Positions 18,101 through 20,000 of a DNA stretch of 20,000 nucleotides are shown here, in pieces. This DNA is from Chromera velia (taxonomy: Eukaryota), in the NCBI GenBank assembly GCA_018398765.1, contig JAHBMJ010000135.1, forward strand, positions 114,516 to 134,515, written 5' to 3'. The position numbers were made by a program, and so were the translations under genes. The notes beneath the pieces are model-generated. The model was not told where the DNA came from. It ran no database searches and saw only the letters and a program-made list of their open reading frames with translations. Positions within the stretch are counted from its first letter, which is position 1, and each line of letters begins with the position of its first letter.

Positions 18101-20000
18101 GTCGCTGCTTCCTTGCATTCATTATCAAACCATTCGGCCTTTTTCTTTTGTCTCACTTTTTTCCTGCCCTGTTGACTATCCAAATCCTCCCGCTTGATTT
18201 CTTTTGTCGGGCCGGCCAACGTGGTTTCCCATTCTTTCAGCAGTAACTTTTCCCGTTCACAGAAAGACAAGGGCACCGGTTGCTCACATAAGTTGGGAGC
18301 AGACAGTGGGGGGGGGGAAGCGGATGGAAAAGAAGAGAGATCAATGTTTTCAGCTTCGCAAGCCATTTTCATAAGTCCAAGCCATAGCTGTTCAGCCAAT
18401 TGACCAGCTGCTGCAGCCGAGGGGAGAAGCTCCTCGTCTGAGACAGGAGTGGATCTGACGGAGCGATGAAGGGGGGGGATAGGTAAAAGGGAGTTCTCTT
18501 TGCTGTCTGGCTGTTGAGGGGGAATGAAAGGGGCAGCAACAAGGGACAGAGAAAGTGACACAGCTGCATGGTCGAGCCTGGACAGTTCTGCTGGCTGTTT
18601 CACATCGAGGTGAGTACAAGCACGGAGGAGGGGGGGATTAACGAGAAAAAAGTCAATCAGAGTGTGACCTCTACCTTTCCAGAGGAAGGTGCAGTCACAT
18701 GAGAAAGAGCGTGCTTCCCCACTCCAAAGGGGGGCAGAACCATCAATGCAGAGACCATTTAAAGGGAGAAGATTCGTTAGTTCACAGAGTTTTAAAAGAG
18801 AACGGCCCTGCTGATCAATTTTTTGGTTGCAAGATGAAGCACGGACTACTCCCAATACATTCTCTTCCTGAATGACTCCGTTCTCATCTTGTACCCCCCT
18901 ATCCCAAGTGATTCCTTTTGGCAGCTCATCGGAGATATGAGCATTGAAATCACCAGTCACAATTCTCCTTTCTCCTAGAGGAACTTCCGACAATGCATCT
19001 GTCAGGCGCTCCCAGTGGCTCGGATCCCCGCCTGCCTCTGCTCTCCCAGTAGACCGTCCGTGTAGCACATATACTCCAAACACATACAGAATAGAGGACT
19101 TGCTGTGTGCATCGAATCCACCAACACGTAATGACGCACGCAGGCAGCATGGATGGGCCGACCAGTTCGATCTCAGGCCTTAGTCGGCCTCTCAATGACT
19201 TCCAAATTAGGACAGCGACCCCCCCGGTATCCTTGTCCTGTTCTAACGCTTCCTTCCTGCCTCTACCACTTCTTCCTCCCCCAAGGTGCTGTCTAACCCA
19301 TTCTCGGTGGGAGAAATTCTTGCCTGAGTGAAGAGGGTATTCAAGAGGGCGCGTGGGGGACCGTGTTTCCGTCAAAATTACCATATCAAACTCCTTAAGC
19401 CAGGCAAACAGACTGCTATCACTCTCTATGCTGTCTAAGAGACCTTTTACGTTGAGCGTGGCGATTCTGAGCCCCGCTATTGATCTTACAGAAATCAATT
19501 CTTTCAACGCAACACCCTCACTAGCTAGGCAAGCTAAAGCAGAAGCAGAAGCAGATGCAAGTGCCGATGAAGAAGAAGAAGAAGAAAAAGAAGAAGAAGA
19601 AGACGAGGACAAAGAAAGACCTTGTCCTTTTCCCTTCTTTCTCTGCCCTTTTTTCGTGACCTTCCCCCGTTTAGTCTTTCCATTGTTTCCCTCACGGCTC
19701 GTGCCCTTTATCGGGGACTCAAGGGGCCGCCAGCCATGTGGGTTTCGACATTTATCTCCTTTCGGGCACCCCACACAGGGAGTACTATTCTTTGCACACT
19801 TGCAGCCAGCATAAGTATTGGAGCCATGACACCGGCATGCACATCTGGTAGACGGTTGGACGGAGGAGATGGGGGAGGCAGTCTGGGGGGACAGAGCTGA
19901 AGGGTCACGGTTTTTACATCTGTCTTTGCCCACATAGCAGTTAGTACAGTGGGTTCCGTTTAAGGTACACTTACAGTTTTTTCCACAAACCCCCCCCCCC
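15144..20000 (-). mobile_element. LINE copy C, runs off the window; least disrupted copy
   Basis: Tail at 15144-15182 and 3' UTR to 15510. ORF pieces 15511-16032, 16075-16398, 16402-17163 and 17239-19083 are all in one frame, broken by point stops at 16075, 16402, 17173 and 17239. A 4-nt gcag duplication near 19141 shifts to frame 18950-19933. Confidence 0.95.
15511..20000 (-). pseudogene. Disrupted CXC-APE-RT-CCHC polyprotein of copy C
   Basis: The CXC cluster is in frame with the APE start (CRNPHGWRPL...IATLNVKGL..TETR). APE SRLDH is intact, RT YADD is present, and the C-terminal CPACRGKADDLLHRLTEC fits CX2CX8HX4C. Confidence 0.9.

Overview
Eukaryotic, microsatellite-rich genomic DNA. The intron and repeat style is reminiscent of a chromerid/alveolate protist, but this is inference only. 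Bases 1-3.9 kb hold simple repeats, a 243-N gap and two phase-matched exons of a minus-strand spliced gene. Bases 3982-5115 (+) are an intronless ankyrin-repeat gene with a signal-peptide-like N-terminus. From about 5190 to the window end there is an uninterrupted, same-orientation (minus-strand) head-to-tail array of non-LTR retroelements. Three of them are decayed copies (A 5190-11071, B 12810-15143, C 15144->20000) of an RTE/RTEX-like LINE. Its long ORF reads poly-Ser region - three CXC-like Cys clusters - APE endonuclease - reverse transcriptase - CCHC knuckle, and copies A and C end in a (TAA)n(TGA)n tail. The fourth is a different element X (11205-12809). X carries a diverged homologue of the same 3' UTR and a near-identical terminal stem-loop, but its visible part encodes an unrelated PAM2-motif/RRM-like ORF instead of RT. 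X is the main candidate for an undescribed system: an ORF1-like partner element that shares the LINE's 3' recognition end. The copies also show a CpA>TpA (RIP-like) mutation pattern.
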